A stretch of 64,000 nucleotides of DNA, from the NCBI GenBank assembly GCA_030156535.1, contig JASGMJ010000005.1, forward strand, positions 104,930 to 168,929. The letters run 5' to 3'. A program made the position numbers and the translations under genes. This DNA comes from Candidatus Sumerlaeota bacterium (GTDB lineage: Bacteria; Sumerlaeota; Sumerlaeia; SLMS01; JAHLLQ01). The notes under the pieces were generated by a model. That model made no database searches, was not told the origin of the DNA, and saw nothing but the letters and a program-made list of their open reading frames with translations. Shown here piece after piece: positions 63,548 to 64,000 of this stretch (positions are counted from its first letter, which is position 1; each line of letters begins with the position of its first letter).

Positions 63548-64000
63548 TCAGTCCGCCTTGCAGGCGCCGCACTTCTTCATCAAGAGGGCATCCACGGAAT
63601 AACGTCCCGCGCCCGTGAACAACAGCGACACCGTGGTCAGGAACAGGAAGAACACATACTCCGCCCCCTTGGGGAGGAAGAACCCGCCGTCCTTGTGAAC
63701 GAACAGGAACGCGACGACCATTGTGAACGCCAGAGGGACGGAGATCCAGCGGGTCAGTACGCCGGCGATCACCATCAGTCCACCGGCAAACTCGGTGAAG
63801 GTGGCAAGGTACGCCGAGATCGCGGGGAGCGGAATGCCCAGCCCATCAAAGCCCTTCGCGACGTTTCCGACGCCCTTGTCGAACAGTTTTGACGCACCGT
63901 GCGCGGCGAAGATCACCCCCACGGCGATCCGCAGCGTGAGCAGCCCCAAGTCCGCTCGCCGCGCGAGCAGTCGGTCGGGGAGATAGAGGAACTTTTTCAT
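63548..64000 (-). CDS. DoxX family membrane protein
   Basis: LRIAVGVIFAAHGASKL DoxX signature and 4 TM helices. The ATG sits exactly at the window edge (64000). Confidence 0.7.
   Translation of the reverse strand: MKKFLYLPDRLLARRADLGLLTLRIAVGVIFAAHGASKLFDKGVGNVAKGFDGLGIPLPAISAYLATFTEFAGGLMVIAGVLTRWISVPLAFTMVVAFLFVHKDGGFFLPKGAEYVFFLFLTTVSLLFTGAGRYSVDALLMKKCGACKAD

Overview
This 64 kb window is high-GC (about 66-68 %) bacterial chromosome with densely packed genes on both strands. Several features suggest a Planctomycetota-like organism: two DUF1559/H-X9-DG-type prepilin-like proteins, a giant Ser/Thr kinase-WD40 fusion, a sulfotransferase, and an ELWxxDGT-repeat protein. I found no rRNA, tRNA, CRISPR array, IS element or integrase. 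Many long reverse-strand ORFs in the track are GC-driven shadow ORFs; these are listed as rejected. Housekeeping and redox genes include gyrB, tadA, TlpA-like thioredoxins, an AhpD/AhpC pair, a Rieske/cytochrome b/cytochrome c bc-type complex, and a DoxX protein. The most striking unit is a complete, translationally coupled type II secretion-like operon at 32.8-46.9 kb: gspE-F-G, four further pseudopilins, gspK/L/M, a C/P-like periplasmic protein, and a secretin. The secretin is naturally split into two separately signal-peptided genes, one carrying the N0-N3 domains and one carrying N plus the secretin domain. The operon is followed by a PilS/PilR-like sensor kinase and a sigma-54 (NtrC-family) response regulator. 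Next comes a palindromic repeat element and a 1,019-aa secreted ELWxxDGT-repeat protein that is a plausible cargo or target. The second candidate system is two paralogous radical SAM enzymes with truncated SPASM (twitch-like) domains. One sits with a sulfotransferase and polytopic membrane proteins, the other directly downstream of a prepilin-like gene behind a strong terminator; neither has a convincing precursor peptide, suggesting glycan or lipid rather than RiPP chemistry. Other observations: an overlapping operon of beta-propeller, prepilin-like and BtuF-like binding protein; a LexA-like regulator whose Ser/Lys dyad is replaced by Glu/Arg, sitting behind a 585-bp AT-rich island; a 610-bp structured leader; and several strong intrinsic terminators. 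All coordinates and start codons come from ORF-track arithmetic and by-eye motif reading. No database search was possible, so family assignments are motif-level inferences.
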